Assembly (NCBI RefSeq): GCF_006345805.1
Contig: NC_043001.1
Span: 32,178,001 to 32,242,000, forward strand
Direction: 5' to 3'
DNA length: 64,000 bases
Source: Octopus sinensis
Taxonomy: Eukaryota
Made by a program: the position numbers and the translations under genes. Each line of letters opens with the position of its first letter. Position 1 is the stretch's first letter. Of this stretch, positions 13,569 through 25,960 are shown in pieces. The notes under the pieces are model-generated. The model made no database searches and had not been told where the DNA came from. It saw only the letters and a program-made list of their open reading frames with translations.

Positions 13569-13569
<1 letters not shown>
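13009..13569 (-). mobile_element. Family T element, full length
   Basis: Same sequence family; (ATT)n on both flanks. Confidence 0.88.
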
Positions 13570-13620
<51 letters not shown>

Positions 13621-13621
13621 C

Positions 13622-13922
13622 GAGATGTTGTTGATTGAAGATATCGTGTCTGCCGGGGGTTTGTACTCTCTGTCAGACAGACAGTACTTCATGCAATATG
13701 CGTGCAGTTACAAATAATGTCGACTTTTGCAATACACCTAGATTGTAGGTTATTTCTAAAGTTTCCAGATGTTTTTTCTTCAGATTGGTTGGTATTGAAC
13801 GAAGTGCTCTGATGACAATAGGGACAACCTTTATGTTTGACTCTCATAGCTGCCACGTCTTAGCGATTTCAATTCTCAGGTCTCCATATTTATCAATCTT
13901 TTCTCTTTCTTTCATGATATTA
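13622..13922 (-). mobile_element. R4/Dong-like LINE 3' end
   Basis: EKIDKYGDLRIEIAKTW...VVPIVIRAL...TARILHEVLSV* followed by a short UTR and (TAA)n. Confidence 0.8.
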
Positions 13923-13923
13923 T

Positions 13924-14132
13924 GCCTGCGAGCTTGCTAAATCGTTGGAGAAATGCTTTACGGCATTTCGTCTGTCTTTACATTCTGAGTTCAAATTCCG
14001 CCGAGGTTGACCTTGCCTTTCATCCTTCAGTACTCTAAAAAAAAAAATTAGTACCAGTGAAACACTGGGGTCGATGCAATCGACTAGTCCCTTCCCCATA
14101 AATTTCAGGCCTTGCGCTCTTAGTAGAAGTGA
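13924..14132 (+). mobile_element. SINE family A with (TTC)n tail
   Basis: B-box and body match family A. Confidence 0.8.
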
Positions 14133-14335
14133 TTCTTCTTCTTCTTCTTCTTCTTCTTGTTACTACTTACTTTAATATGTACGTTTGTTACAATCACTCA
14201 ACGAGACACACCGAGCGTCGTAGGGCGAGTGAAGGATAAGACATGTCAGAGTATGACTGAAATCTTGGGGCGGGGAACTGGCAGGGGCAGTGGCGAAATG
14301 TCTTCATGTATTACAACACAGACATTTAAATTCAT

Positions 14336-14700
14336 AGGATTTTTCTAAGGATGTGGGCAGTACTTGTAACCACAATCTTTTGGATCTCTCTTAGACATGG
14401 TTCTCCTGGGATATTATTTAGATGTTTCTGACATCCCTTTATTATTCTACCTAGGGCACCTACAATAACAGGGACAGTTTTTGTTTTAATATGCCGCATC
14501 TTTTGTAAATTTGTCAAATCCTTTTACAGATATATTTTTATTAGTGGTGACGCCTGCTTTATTTAGTCTACAAGTACTTTCTTCCCCGTCTTTAATGGCT
14601 ATGTCTGGTCAATTAGTTTTGAAGAACGTTAGCCTGGTAGTTTTCTGTAAGCAAATTTTGGACTTGTGCTGTTATTATGAAACCTTCAGTTTTTGCTTTC
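14336..14700 (-). mobile_element. R4/Dong-like LINE 3' fragment
   Basis: ORF track: KTVPVIVGALGRI...IQKIVVTSTAHILRKIL*. Confidence 0.8.
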
Positions 14701-14742
14701 AGAAAACTATTATTATTATTATTATTATTATGATTATTATTA

Positions 14743-15310
14743 TTGCACGAGAAAGCAGTGCATGCCATCAAAGGGACACTGGGATAAAATATACGAAGCC
14801 CAGTATACACATCATGACTACCCGTCTGATAAGGGTACATTAGGCACATGCATCACAACCATATGTGCGCGACATGGTGATCTCATATCAAGATAAACAG
14901 CGCATGACCTTGCTGGTGGGACTCAGAAGTTTCTTCTGCTCGTGTAACCCATCCTGCTCAAAAGGTCCCTGAATAAGGGTTGTTTAAGGATGTTGAACGA
15001 AACACCAATGTTTCCAGAGGTGAAATATCCAAACCCCAAATATTCTTTCTCAACACATGGCTATGATGCTCTCCCACTACTTCTGATCGTGATCAGAGAT
15101 GCACATATCGTCAGCCACTGGGGGAATGCTCAACTGGTTAAGGTCAAACAACTGACAAGCAAATCTGTGGTATTGAGCAGAATATTTGCTGTAGCCTATC
15201 TTTTACACCAAGACAAAACAATGCACATGATAACACTTCCAACCAGTTAACACTTGTGGTCGAGTAGCCCATCCCGCTTAAAAGGTCCCTGAATAAGGAT
15301 TGTCTAAGGA
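14743..15310 (-). mobile_element. Family T element plus a duplicated internal 50-bp piece
   Basis: Main copy 14743-15250; ggtcgagtagcccatcccgc...aagga repeated at 15258-15310. Confidence 0.85.
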
Positions 15311-15606
15311 TTATTATTATTATTATTATTTTCGAATGACCTGTGAAGAAAGTTTGATTCATAACTATTAAGTTTAGGCAAAATAACTGCAAAAAAGGGT
15401 TTTGTAAGGATGATTTGGTAGAAATAGAAAAGTTATTGTTTCTTTCAAATCCCCACTGAAATTCTGAAATTGTTCCTCTCTCAAAATACAAGTAATTTCG
15501 TATAAAGTTGTATAAGAATGTCAGCTTTTAAGCAGTTCTGGGTTTCATGTGTGCTTGTCGTATACATGCCTGGATTTTGTCTGTATATATTCATGTACCA
15601 GTATAT

Positions 15607-15697
<91 letters not shown>

Positions 15698-15838
15698 AGT
15701 GTGTGCATGTGGAATAAATGCCCTCGTAAATCTGTTAGCAGAGTGGGTATATTAGCCGAATGTACTGTAACAGATCTTTTACGGCCGATTCGTGGCCTCT
15801 CAAGAGCGTAGGGTTACACAATCGGACTGTTACTTGAC

Positions 15839-15876
15839 ACTCCAATGAACTCACAGTGCGAAACCGATCGGTAAGT
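15839..15876 (+). ncRNA. Degenerate minimal type-I hammerhead-like motif
   Basis: ACT-CCAATGA...C-GAA-ACCGATCGGT-A-AGT: 10-bp palindromic helix III, GUA triplet, 3-bp helix I. Core and helix II are mutated. Confidence 0.35.
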
Positions 15877-15961
15877 CCTACTGTACTGAATATATATTAC
15901 TGCATACTTCGCTTAATATATATTCTAATATATACAGATATGTATCTCTTACTCCCACTCA

Positions 15962-16030
<69 letters not shown>

Positions 16031-16699
16031 AATGTATATATATATATATATATGCATACATACATGTATATATATATATATACACACATATATACACACA
16101 CATATATATACATACATTAATACATACACACACACACACATATATATATAACAAATATCAAAGTGGATGACAGATTTTCGCAGGTCAAGTTCCTTTATCA
16201 AGGGAATACAAAATGCATAAAACATTCATCGAGATATTAGGTTTTAAGCGTTCCAATATTACAATCCAAAGAAAAGCAGTATTACAAAACCTTACGATCG
16301 TTTCGAGGAATATGATTGCATTGGACGAATTTTCCAACCGATACAAATAGTTACATTTCTCTCATCAGAGGTACAATTAAATCGATTAAAATTGTTTAAA
16401 AATTGAGGAATCTTAAAATATCTCCTACTTACAGAACTTGAAGTCATATCGAGTAATACAGATAAGGTAATAAGTTTATTCTCAAACGCAGGGTGACGGT
16501 AATAATATAGCATGAACAGGATAAGCTATCAATATTTTGCAGAAAAATCTGTCATCCACTTTGATATTACTAAGATTCCAAAGTATAAATAATTTTTTGC
16601 TTAAACTTTAAGTGGATGAAATCTCACCAAATTGGAGGAAATTTTTATTTTATTAAGGTAAATCGCTGTTCATAAGATCGGATTCTGTTCTTTCTACCT

Positions 16700-17035
16700 T
16701 TTTAAAAAACTTAAATGTTGATAAATATTTATGCCTCTATGCAATTATAACGTCCGATATTATATTAATTAAATTTTTCTTGTCTGTACGAAGTATATTA
16801 ACTGCTTCCTTCGTACATAACTTACACCTTCCTGTATACGTTTTATATGTGGTAGTTTCCGTTATGATCGACCAGTCTAATTTAAATTTCTTATCTCGCA
16901 TTTTTAGTTTAAGCCAACTCTTGCGATTTTTGATCCTGGGTTCAAGAATGTGCTGATTTGTCCATTATACCTCGTTTTGAAATCCGTGGTACTTCCTATG
17001 TATGTTTTCCTAGTTTGATTGGCAGTTATGAGCTT
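16700..17035 (-). mobile_element. Penelope-like element, decayed GIY-YIG endonuclease
   Basis: KTYIGSTTDFKTRYNG...[frameshift]...FKLDWSII...GRCKLCTKEAVNIL...LIN...*RH matches the PLE endonuclease pattern (YIG, W, CxxC, CRH). Confidence 0.72.
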
Positions 17036-17124
17036 AGTCTTGTATACCACATTTTCCCTTAGACAGGAGCTCCGTAATTTACGTAAATATATCTATACAT
17101 ATAAAGCAAAAAAGAAACGCTTTG

Positions 17125-17458
17125 AGAATTTTATCATAAATAATCGAAAGTATTTACACTTTTATCAAAAAATGGTACCGGTTTCAGTCAATTAAAACGG
17201 GCGATTTAGTCATGCTGAAATTAAATGGAAAAAGAGCTGAAATATATTATATTGATCTTTCAATTATACTCTTCTCAGGAAAAAAGCGAAAGGCAGACAT
17301 GTGAACTTGCAAAACTGATATGAAAACTGCAATTGATTTAATTTTATTTCATTTTCCCTTTTATTTCAGCATGACTAAATCGCCGTTTTAAGCAATTGAA
17401 ACTGAGATCATATTTTGATAAAAATGTAAATACTTCAGATTATTTATGATAAAATTCT
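17125..17458. mobile_element. Foldback/MITE-like element with ~105-bp inverted arms
   Basis: agaattttatcataaataatc...gatttagtcatgctgaaat is matched by its reverse complement at 17352-17458; adjacent (TA)n. Confidence 0.75.
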
Positions 17459-17566
17459 GAAATATTTCAATTTTTACTTTTGCTAATATAATTAACTTGT
17501 GAACCTCTTAAAGTTTTCAATATACATACATACATACACACACATGTGTATGTATGTATATATATA

Positions 17567-17666
<100 letters not shown>

Positions 17667-18679
17667 CATACATATATATACGTATATATCCTAGATATAT
17701 ATATATATATATATATATATACGTGTGTGCAGAGAAACGAAAGAAGGGCACTTAATACATCTATTGGGAGTAACATGTATGGATGGAAAAAAAATTCATT
17801 CAAACTCTTGGTACTCCGAGTTTGAAGTATCAAATGGGCTTTGCTTAAACGGGGAAGCGACTATACTATTCAAAAACTTCAGAGTGACTTTAACAAAAAA
17901 AAATAACCTGGTTTCTTTATCTTAAACTGATAATCCGACAACCGTTGTTTCAATCTCATAGATTCAAATTCAATGGGTTTCATTTTGCAATGTAGAAACA
18001 GTAAATAAAACGAAATAGAAATATCTGTTGCATAAATAGAATAAGGATGCATTTAATACATGTATATGTAACAACAAATGCTGAATCTGAAGAATTAACA
18101 AAAAAGATGGAAGAAATATCATGTCACTATCCCGAAATATCCTTATGATTCTATTTATCATATTGGGATATAACTTAACACAGTGACAGAGAAACTACTC
18201 AATGCTATTTTTAGAAGGGACTGACTTGAAGATAAAGTATTGTCCTTAGGTTAGAGCACTGTGGTGAGCGTAATCAATGATAATATGGAAGAATATTGTT
18301 GGAATATTCCAGCCAAATTACTGTAAATATGTACGAATAAAAGATTAGAGGAAATGATCTGAGATAAAGGAGTTACAACCGTGTTTCGTGGTCTGCTACC
18401 ACAACAGCTCCTTTATAGGATCCAGTTAGCTCAAGACATCATCAGGAGGAACCACGTCCGGTTTCGGCCCCTACTCCTCTACCGTTTTGACGTGACGGGG
18501 CTCCCCCTTTCGAAGGTGTTTTCAGCTCTGGTGTTGCGTGCATGTCTTCTTTCTCCTTCTTTCTTCTGTTCCCTGGCCTCTTCGATGTATCGTCAGCGAG
18601 TGTCAGCCGGTGACTGACTGCCTTGTCAAATTTTTCCCTTTAAATACCTGCCGTTGGGCTCCAGCAGGCGGCCCCAGCA

Positions 18680-18890
18680 ATTTGTCACGTGACTCTGTCT
18701 CACCGTAACTGACTAGTGTAGGCGCGTAGTTTTAGCCCGCGCATTTTCTAAACGACTGTCACCTGTCAGTCAGCGAAGCTGATTCAGTGTCAGCTTGTCT
18801 CACCTAAAGATGTTATTTCCCGCCGGCATGTAATGATTTTCACGCCATTTTCGGTCTTCCGAAAAACAGTGTGCACGGAAGTAAAAATCA
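18680..18890 (-). promoter_or_regulatory. Candidate Pol II promoter/first exon in a CpG-rich island
   Basis: GTCACGTGAC E-box (18684-18693), YY1-type AAAATGGCG on minus (18843-18851), ETS-type CGGAAGT (18876-18882), and minus-strand donors AG|GTGAGA (18804/18803) and CG|GTGAGA (18704/18703). CpG-rich 18380-18910. Confidence 0.5.
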
Positions 18891-19266
18891 GCTGTTCAGT
18901 AGGCGACAACGTAATGTTAAAGAGTTAAGAAAAGTAAAACATCTGTTTGAACTAATGAGAAATATACTGATATCACACACGGACTATGATATCAGATTTA
19001 TGATTGTGAACATTGGAGTATTTTCGGTTGTAATTAACTACCTCGATGTCAATCATGAAAACTTGGACTTTCTCAAAACCAGAAAGAACATTGGCTAATT
19101 AGGTAATTATATTGATACTTACAAGCTATTGATTGAATTATGGAAATATATAAAATATACTAAAAGTGTTTAGCCTGCAGTATATACATCCACACAAATA
19201 GTGAGGTGCCAACGTGTGTTTATGTTCATATAAGGCAATGCATACAAATTTATACAGAAACATATA

Positions 19267-19339
19267 GCCCGGCTAGCTCAGTCGGTAGAGCACGAGACTC
19301 TTAATCTCGGGGTCGTGGGTTCAAGCCCCACGTTAGGCA
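19267..19339 (+). tRNA. tRNA-Lys-CTT: tRNA-Lys, anticodon CTT
   Basis: 73-nt cloverleaf: D stem GCTC/GAGC, anticodon stem CGAGA/TCTCG with loop CTCTTAA, T arm GTGGG-TTCAAGC-CCCAC, and T4 at 19345-19348. C4:A69 mismatch in the acceptor stem. Confidence 0.85.
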
Positions 19340-19823
19340 GAATATTTTGGGAAGAAATTAGTAATGTTTTTATCAGGTGGTGCTATTAAGTTAGACATGG
19401 CGCGGACCAATCATTGGTCGAAACATATCTAAGTTTATCTAAGTTTATCTATACATTAAAAGATTCAGGGATGGAGAAAAAATATATAGACAAATAGGTA
19501 GACATGGATGTTTGGATATGCATGTCTAACCATTTGCCATTACTCATAATAAATATATGTATATACATACATATATATGTATATGTATGTGTACCTCTAT
19601 GTGTAAGTGTGCATGTGTGTGTCTGGTTGTCTGTGTTTGTGTGTGTTTGTGCATACATATATTAACACTCGTGCATGTTTGTTTTTATGCATTGTTATAC
19701 ATAATAATAGTTAGCAATTAAACTTAAATATCACTCAATACTTTTCGGTAAACATATTTACAGCCGGATGAAGGCAACGTAATCGATACTTCGAAGTAAC
19801 TGTCAACCTTTGCCATATAGAAA

Positions 19824-19885
<62 letters not shown>

Positions 19886-19922
19886 ATCTATCTACCTACC
19901 TACCTACCCCTCTCTCTCTCTG

Positions 19923-19954
<32 letters not shown>

Positions 19955-19996
19955 CCTAACTACCTATCTATCTATCTACCTACATATCTATCTATC

Positions 19997-20048
<52 letters not shown>

Positions 20049-20053
20049 CATAC

Positions 20054-20085
<32 letters not shown>

Positions 20086-20802
20086 CTGTGTCTGTGTCTG
20101 TGTCTGTGTGGTGTCTCTTTATCAAAGTAGAATGTTCAGTCTAGACTGTTTGTTTCTGCCTATGTACCTATTGCTATATATCTACATTGTTTGTTCACCG
20201 GTATTTGTCGCCTTGTCTATTGATCTCTGCTTGTTGTCTAAGAATTGACCATGTCAATGCCTATTTCTGTTATTGTCTCTTGGTCTACAACTTTGTTTAT
20301 GATCGTGTGTCCATTTACATTAGTCTTTCTTCCTTCATCTGTGATTCTATTGTGTCTTCGAAATTTTGTCTGTATTCACACGAATCTAACAATATCTGGC
20401 TGGCAATTAGATTCTTCAGATTTCTCTGTCTTCATCTGTGTGTCTATTTTGTCTGTCTAAAGCTGCATGTCTACGATATTTGTCTCCAGATCTCTCTGAC
20501 GAAGGTCCGTCTGTGTTAGTCTTTCTGTCTACACGAAATATTCTCATTAATTTTTGCATGTTTATCTGTTTACATGGTTATCCCTTATTCTATTTACCAT
20601 TATGTGTCTCATAATCCAATTATCTGCCTGTCTGTCAGTGTGTCTATCTCTCTCTCTATCTATCTATCTGTCAATCTATCTATCTATCCGTCTATCTACC
20701 TCACTAACTATTTGCATATCTGTTGTCTACCTGTCTAACAGTTTGTTTATCCATCTCCACCCTCTATAGGTATACGTATACATATATGTAGATATGTATA
20801 TA

Positions 20803-21625
20803 AAGGGTGCGGTGAATAAACTGCCATCTAAATTATTAAAAATGAAAATAATACTGACATCTCATTTTAATAGATATATTTACCAAAATTACATATACTC
20901 CGTACATTTCCTCTTGAAATACTAAAGAGTAAATTTATTCAATAAAATCACTATTGGCTTCAACTGCGGCCTCCAGACGACTTCGGAAGCTCTTGCAACT
21001 CTTCTGGAAGGTCTCCTTGTTTAAGTTGGTGAATGCTACCATAGTCCTTGCTTCAGTTCATCCTTGGTGTTAGAAGGAGCTTTGTTGCTCTACACAGATA
21101 GATAGGTAGATAGAGGGTTGCAGTCTGAGGAGTTAAGTGGCCAGATGTTAGCGATGATGTGGTCGTAGAAATTTTCTGACAGCCATGAATGGGTGCTCTT
21201 GGTTGTGTGGCATTCTACAGAGTCCTGTTGCCAGACATACGATATTGCAACAGCCACCCTCTTGACCCAGAGCAGCCCTACCTCGTCGAGGCACTTGATG
21301 TATGCCTCCCTGTTGAGTCTGAAGCCGCGTGGGATGATGAATGGAGGCATAACGTCACCATCACTAGCGATCACTCCAAATGATGTTGACTGGATGTTTG
21401 ACTGTTATCACCCTCGGTACATTTACTCAGATTGTACTGTTCTCAGATTGACTCTCAAACACTCTGAAATGTTGGTATAGTAAATTGCGTCATGGTGCTG
21501 CTTTTCTCACAGAGGGCGCCCAACTGTTCCTACTATACTGTGTAGTCGACAAAACCAAAAACAAACAATGCGCATGCGCGAAATTAAAAGTATAAAATAG
21601 CTACAATTTACTTGTCGCATACCCT
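20803..21625 (-). mobile_element. Internally deleted Tc1/mariner-superfamily transposon, DD37D (maT) type
   Basis: SDGDVMPPF...WQQDS...WPLNSSDCNPL, with 37 residues after the second D; C-terminal RSRLEAAVEANSDFIE*; degenerate AGGGT-starting termini in TA-rich flanks. Confidence 0.8.
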
Positions 21626-22357
21626 AACTTTATATGCATATAATGTGTATGTATGTATGTGTGTATGTGCGTATGTATGTATGAATGCATATGTGTAAGG
21701 CTATGCCTCTCCACATATAACACTCTGTCTGATTAATTCACAAAACCTATCAACCTATATATATATATATGTGTGTGTGTGTATGTGTGTGTGTGTGTAT
21801 GTGTGTGTGTGTATGAATGTATGTATAAGTATGTATGCATTTATAAATGTATACATGTTAGTGCGTTTGTGCAATACTAGACATTTCACAAATTCAATAA
21901 AAGGGTAACAGGGTAATAATCTAAATAATCATCATCGTAAACGACGAAGGACCCATGGTCTATATATTTCCACTCTATCAGTCTCCATCTGCCTGTAATA
22001 TACCCCTATCTCCACATCTGTCTATCGTAATCTGCGTCTATATTGCAGAGTCTGTTTATCCGTGTCTGTCAATCAGTTTTGACGATGTCTACCTGTATGT
22101 CACTTTCTGTCGTTACCGATGTGCGTGTACGTGTGTGTGTATATATATATATGTGTGTGTGTTTGTGTGTGTCTGTGTGTGTGAGAGAGAGAGAGAGAAA
22201 ATGAATGTATGTGTGTATGTGTGTGTATACAGATAGGTATGTATGTACTATATTGCGCTAGTTTCTCTTTTTTTGTGTCTCTCTCTATGTCAATCAATAA
22301 GTCTGAGTTTATGGTATTACGGTATTATATACAAACATACATATATCCATACATACA

Positions 22358-22393
<36 letters not shown>

Positions 22394-22703
22394 TGTATCT
22401 CTCTCTCTCTTTCTATATATATATACATACATATATACTTACATACGTACATATATACAGACATAAAAACACATTTATATAAATATGTATGTATCTATCT
22501 ATCTAAATATATATATATGTATATATATACACGCATATATATACCTATACATACATACATTTAAACATATATATGCAAAATATGTATATATGTATATATC
22601 TATATATCTATATAAATATATATATATATAAATAAATATAAATATAGGAATATCTGTGTCACTCACTCGGTTTCTAAATATATATATAGCTATATATATA
22701 TAT

Positions 22704-22750
<47 letters not shown>

Positions 22751-22832
22751 TATATATATATATATATATATATACAAATACACACATACATTTAGATATA
22801 TATATGTATATATCTATATATCGATATAAATG

Positions 22833-22895
<63 letters not shown>

Positions 22896-23162
22896 GCATA
22901 TATATGTGTATATATATATATATGTATATATGTGTATTTATGTTTATATATATGTATATTTGTTTATATATGTATGTATATTTATGTATATATTTATATA
23001 TATAGTATATTTATGGATATATATGTATATTTATGTATATATATATATTATATATTATAATATATATATATATAAGGACAATGCAGCAGTTATTTGTTTA
23101 AAACACTTATTAGTTAAACGCTTAAATATATATTAGTTATATATCTGTTATATACTGTTATT

Positions 23163-23216
<54 letters not shown>

Positions 23217-23222
<6 letters not shown>

Positions 23223-23302
23223 TATATAGAAGGAGCTTTTACTCTACTATGTATTGAGTACTTATTTACTGTGGTTAACCCCGAATCAAACCCGGGACCT
23301 AC

Positions 23303-23334
<32 letters not shown>

Positions 23335-23970
23335 TATATGTATACATATACACACTCATGCATACATGAATATATGATATATATACATGTGTGTATATAC
23401 GTGTGTATACGTGTATGCAGGTGGTGTGTGTATGTATCATATATGTGTATGTGTAGATATGTATATGTATGTGTATGTGTAAGTGTATATGTATGGTATA
23501 TATGTGTGTGTATGTATGTGTGTATGTATATGTATATATGTTTGTATGTGTGTGTATGTATGTATACATGTGTGCATAGGTATAAGTGAGAATCTCCTTA
23601 TTTACCTAAAACTCTATTCCCCCTTTTTTTTATATATAGGTTTTTTTTATATATAGGTTTTTTTATTTTTTTTATTTTATTTTTTTTTATTTATTCTTCT
23701 ATCTAATTTAACACTGACTCCTTGACCACTCCCCCAAGTATGATATTTTGCGCTATGCCTACCCCCAAAAAAGTCCCCCACCAACACCCCGTTAAACCTG
23801 CCTAAATGTATAAATGCCAATACAATTCTGTTAACTAGCTTCCAAGATTTCTCTTGAATGAAACAGTTCTAGTCCTGTAGAAGCTCCTTCTATATAATAA
23901 ATTAATTTTACTCTGCTATGTATTGAGTACCTTATTTACTGTGGTTAACCCCGAATCAACCGGGAAACCC

Positions 23971-24025
<55 letters not shown>

Positions 24026-24080
24026 ACATATACACACTCATGCATACATGAATATATGATATATATAACTCATGCATACA
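23217..24080. repeat. Local direct duplication of ~170 bp (23239-23400 / 23906-24070) with an inverted 22-bp junction segment
   Basis: ttactct(a/g)ctatgtattgagtac...gtggttaaccccgaatca...(TA)n...cactcatgcatacatgaatatatg occurs twice. Confidence 0.75.
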
Positions 24081-24502
24081 TACATGAATGTATGTATATG
24101 TCTGTGTACTTATTTGTTATTTAGTTTTCCTTTATTTGTCTCTCTCTTCATTTCTGCCTATCAATATCTTATAAATGATCTATTTTAATGAATTGCGTCT
24201 TTGAATTCATACTTGTATTTCCGTCAATACAAGAACATATCTCCATATGACAATATGACAGTGTGACGGTCTGCGTCTCTCACCTAAGCTCTCTATGTAG
24301 ACCCTTTCTGTACGTTTGTATGTCTGATATTTTCTGCGTATCTGACTTTCTCTGTCCCTAAATCGTCTTCCTCATTCTGTTCTTCGCTCCAAATTTCTCT
24401 TTTTGAACTTCTTTGTCACTATGTCCTCTCTATATCACTTTCTATTTTCTTCTCATGTCCGTATTTATATACGTACATGTATATGTGAGCGTATATGTAT
24501 GA

Positions 24503-24572
<70 letters not shown>

Positions 24573-25679
24573 ATAAATAAAGGGTAAAATTAATTAATTA
24601 TTAATTAATTTCACCAAGTAGTGTTCAGTATGTAAAAGGACCATTCAAGGTATATTTAAAATATTACGTTATATAATTAGGGCTCAGTAAAATAATTCAC
24701 TTTACCACACACTGAAACTTTTAGAAATAGCAGCCAAAAAGTTTTTTAGCTATTTCTTCTACTATAAGAAAAATCTCCCATACAGTGTTTACTCAAAAAT
24801 AATTCACATAGATATGGAGGGAAAAATAACAAAATATCAGTTTGGCATCTTTTTTTCATGAGGAATAGATTGTGAATCGGAAGGTTTCAAAGATGTATAT
24901 CTATATATCATACATACATATACTTATACACATACACATACACACGCACCACACATATATACATATACATACACACATACACACAAACCACACATATATA
25001 CATATACATACACACATACACACTCACACCACACATATATAGATATACAGACACACAGACACACACATAAAGGTTTTTAGGATCAGTGCATACCGTTAGA
25101 TCTATTTGAAATCCAGGCCCCTAGTCTATGAGAAAATATGATTCAAACGGGAAGAGAAACGTTAAGAAGGTCGATGCAAAAACTGGAATGAGAAGAAAGA
25201 AAAATAAGACGACGAAGATCTTTGCCCTCTTTGATGTCTTGCAAACAACTTGCGCATGCAAGTGCTACCAGTCAAAAACTCCGCATACCGGATGCCAGCA
25301 AGTGTATGGGATCATTAGGAGAGAATGCGCGACGTTTCGGGGCCTACCTCTCGTAGGAAACATAATTAATCTAGCTGGTGTAGGATAATATAACGGAGAG
25401 GAGGCCAAAGTCTGAGATAGCTACTTAAACCAGAGAGATTGGTGTTCTCCAGCTCGGCAAAAGAAACATGTTCATGTGCTTGCATTTGCTAAAATTTTGG
25501 GTCTGAAATTATGAAAGCATAACCTGCTTCTCTTTGATCCATTTATATGTGGCGTAGGTTTCTCCACGATACACTATTTGATAGTATGTGGTGTGCAATT
25601 AGTCTTTAGATCATCTCTTAGAAAGCCGAAGTAATAGCAGTGTTCCAAGAAAATGCAATCTAGGAGGAAAATTGCGTCA

Positions 25680-25960
25680 GCTTATCCGAAGGCAATGCTA
25701 AAAGCATTGCTGTCAACCACCTGTCTTCTTTCCGACACGTACAAAAATTAAACCCACTAAGTTGGCTAGCTCTGTATGGGATCTGAAGACAAACTGTACG
25801 CCATATACAATCAGGCTGAGAACCGCCACATATAGACATGTTAATTCTTGTGTTAGTAATTGATATGGGTATAATCTGTGAGCTGCTGAATGCCTAATTT
25901 GAGTCTTCCACTTTTGGAAATGTTGGGAACCTTAAAATGCACGGAAGATATTATTAAAAG
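25680..25960 (+). mobile_element. Penelope-like element, decayed GIY-YIG endonuclease
   Basis: LSEGNAK...NHLSSFRH...[frameshift] TKLASSVWDLK...PYTI...YNL*AAECLI resembles the PLE endonuclease consensus. Confidence 0.55.

Noticed and set aside
18365-18450. Minus-strand CTGATGA...GAAAC...GTA hammerhead candidate
   Set aside because: Helix I cannot pair and helix II is not adjacent to GAAA.
19395-19432. GACCAAT-C-ATTGGTC hairpin followed by GAAACATAT
   Set aside because: Resembles helix II plus GAAA, but has no recognisable core or helix I; at best a relic.
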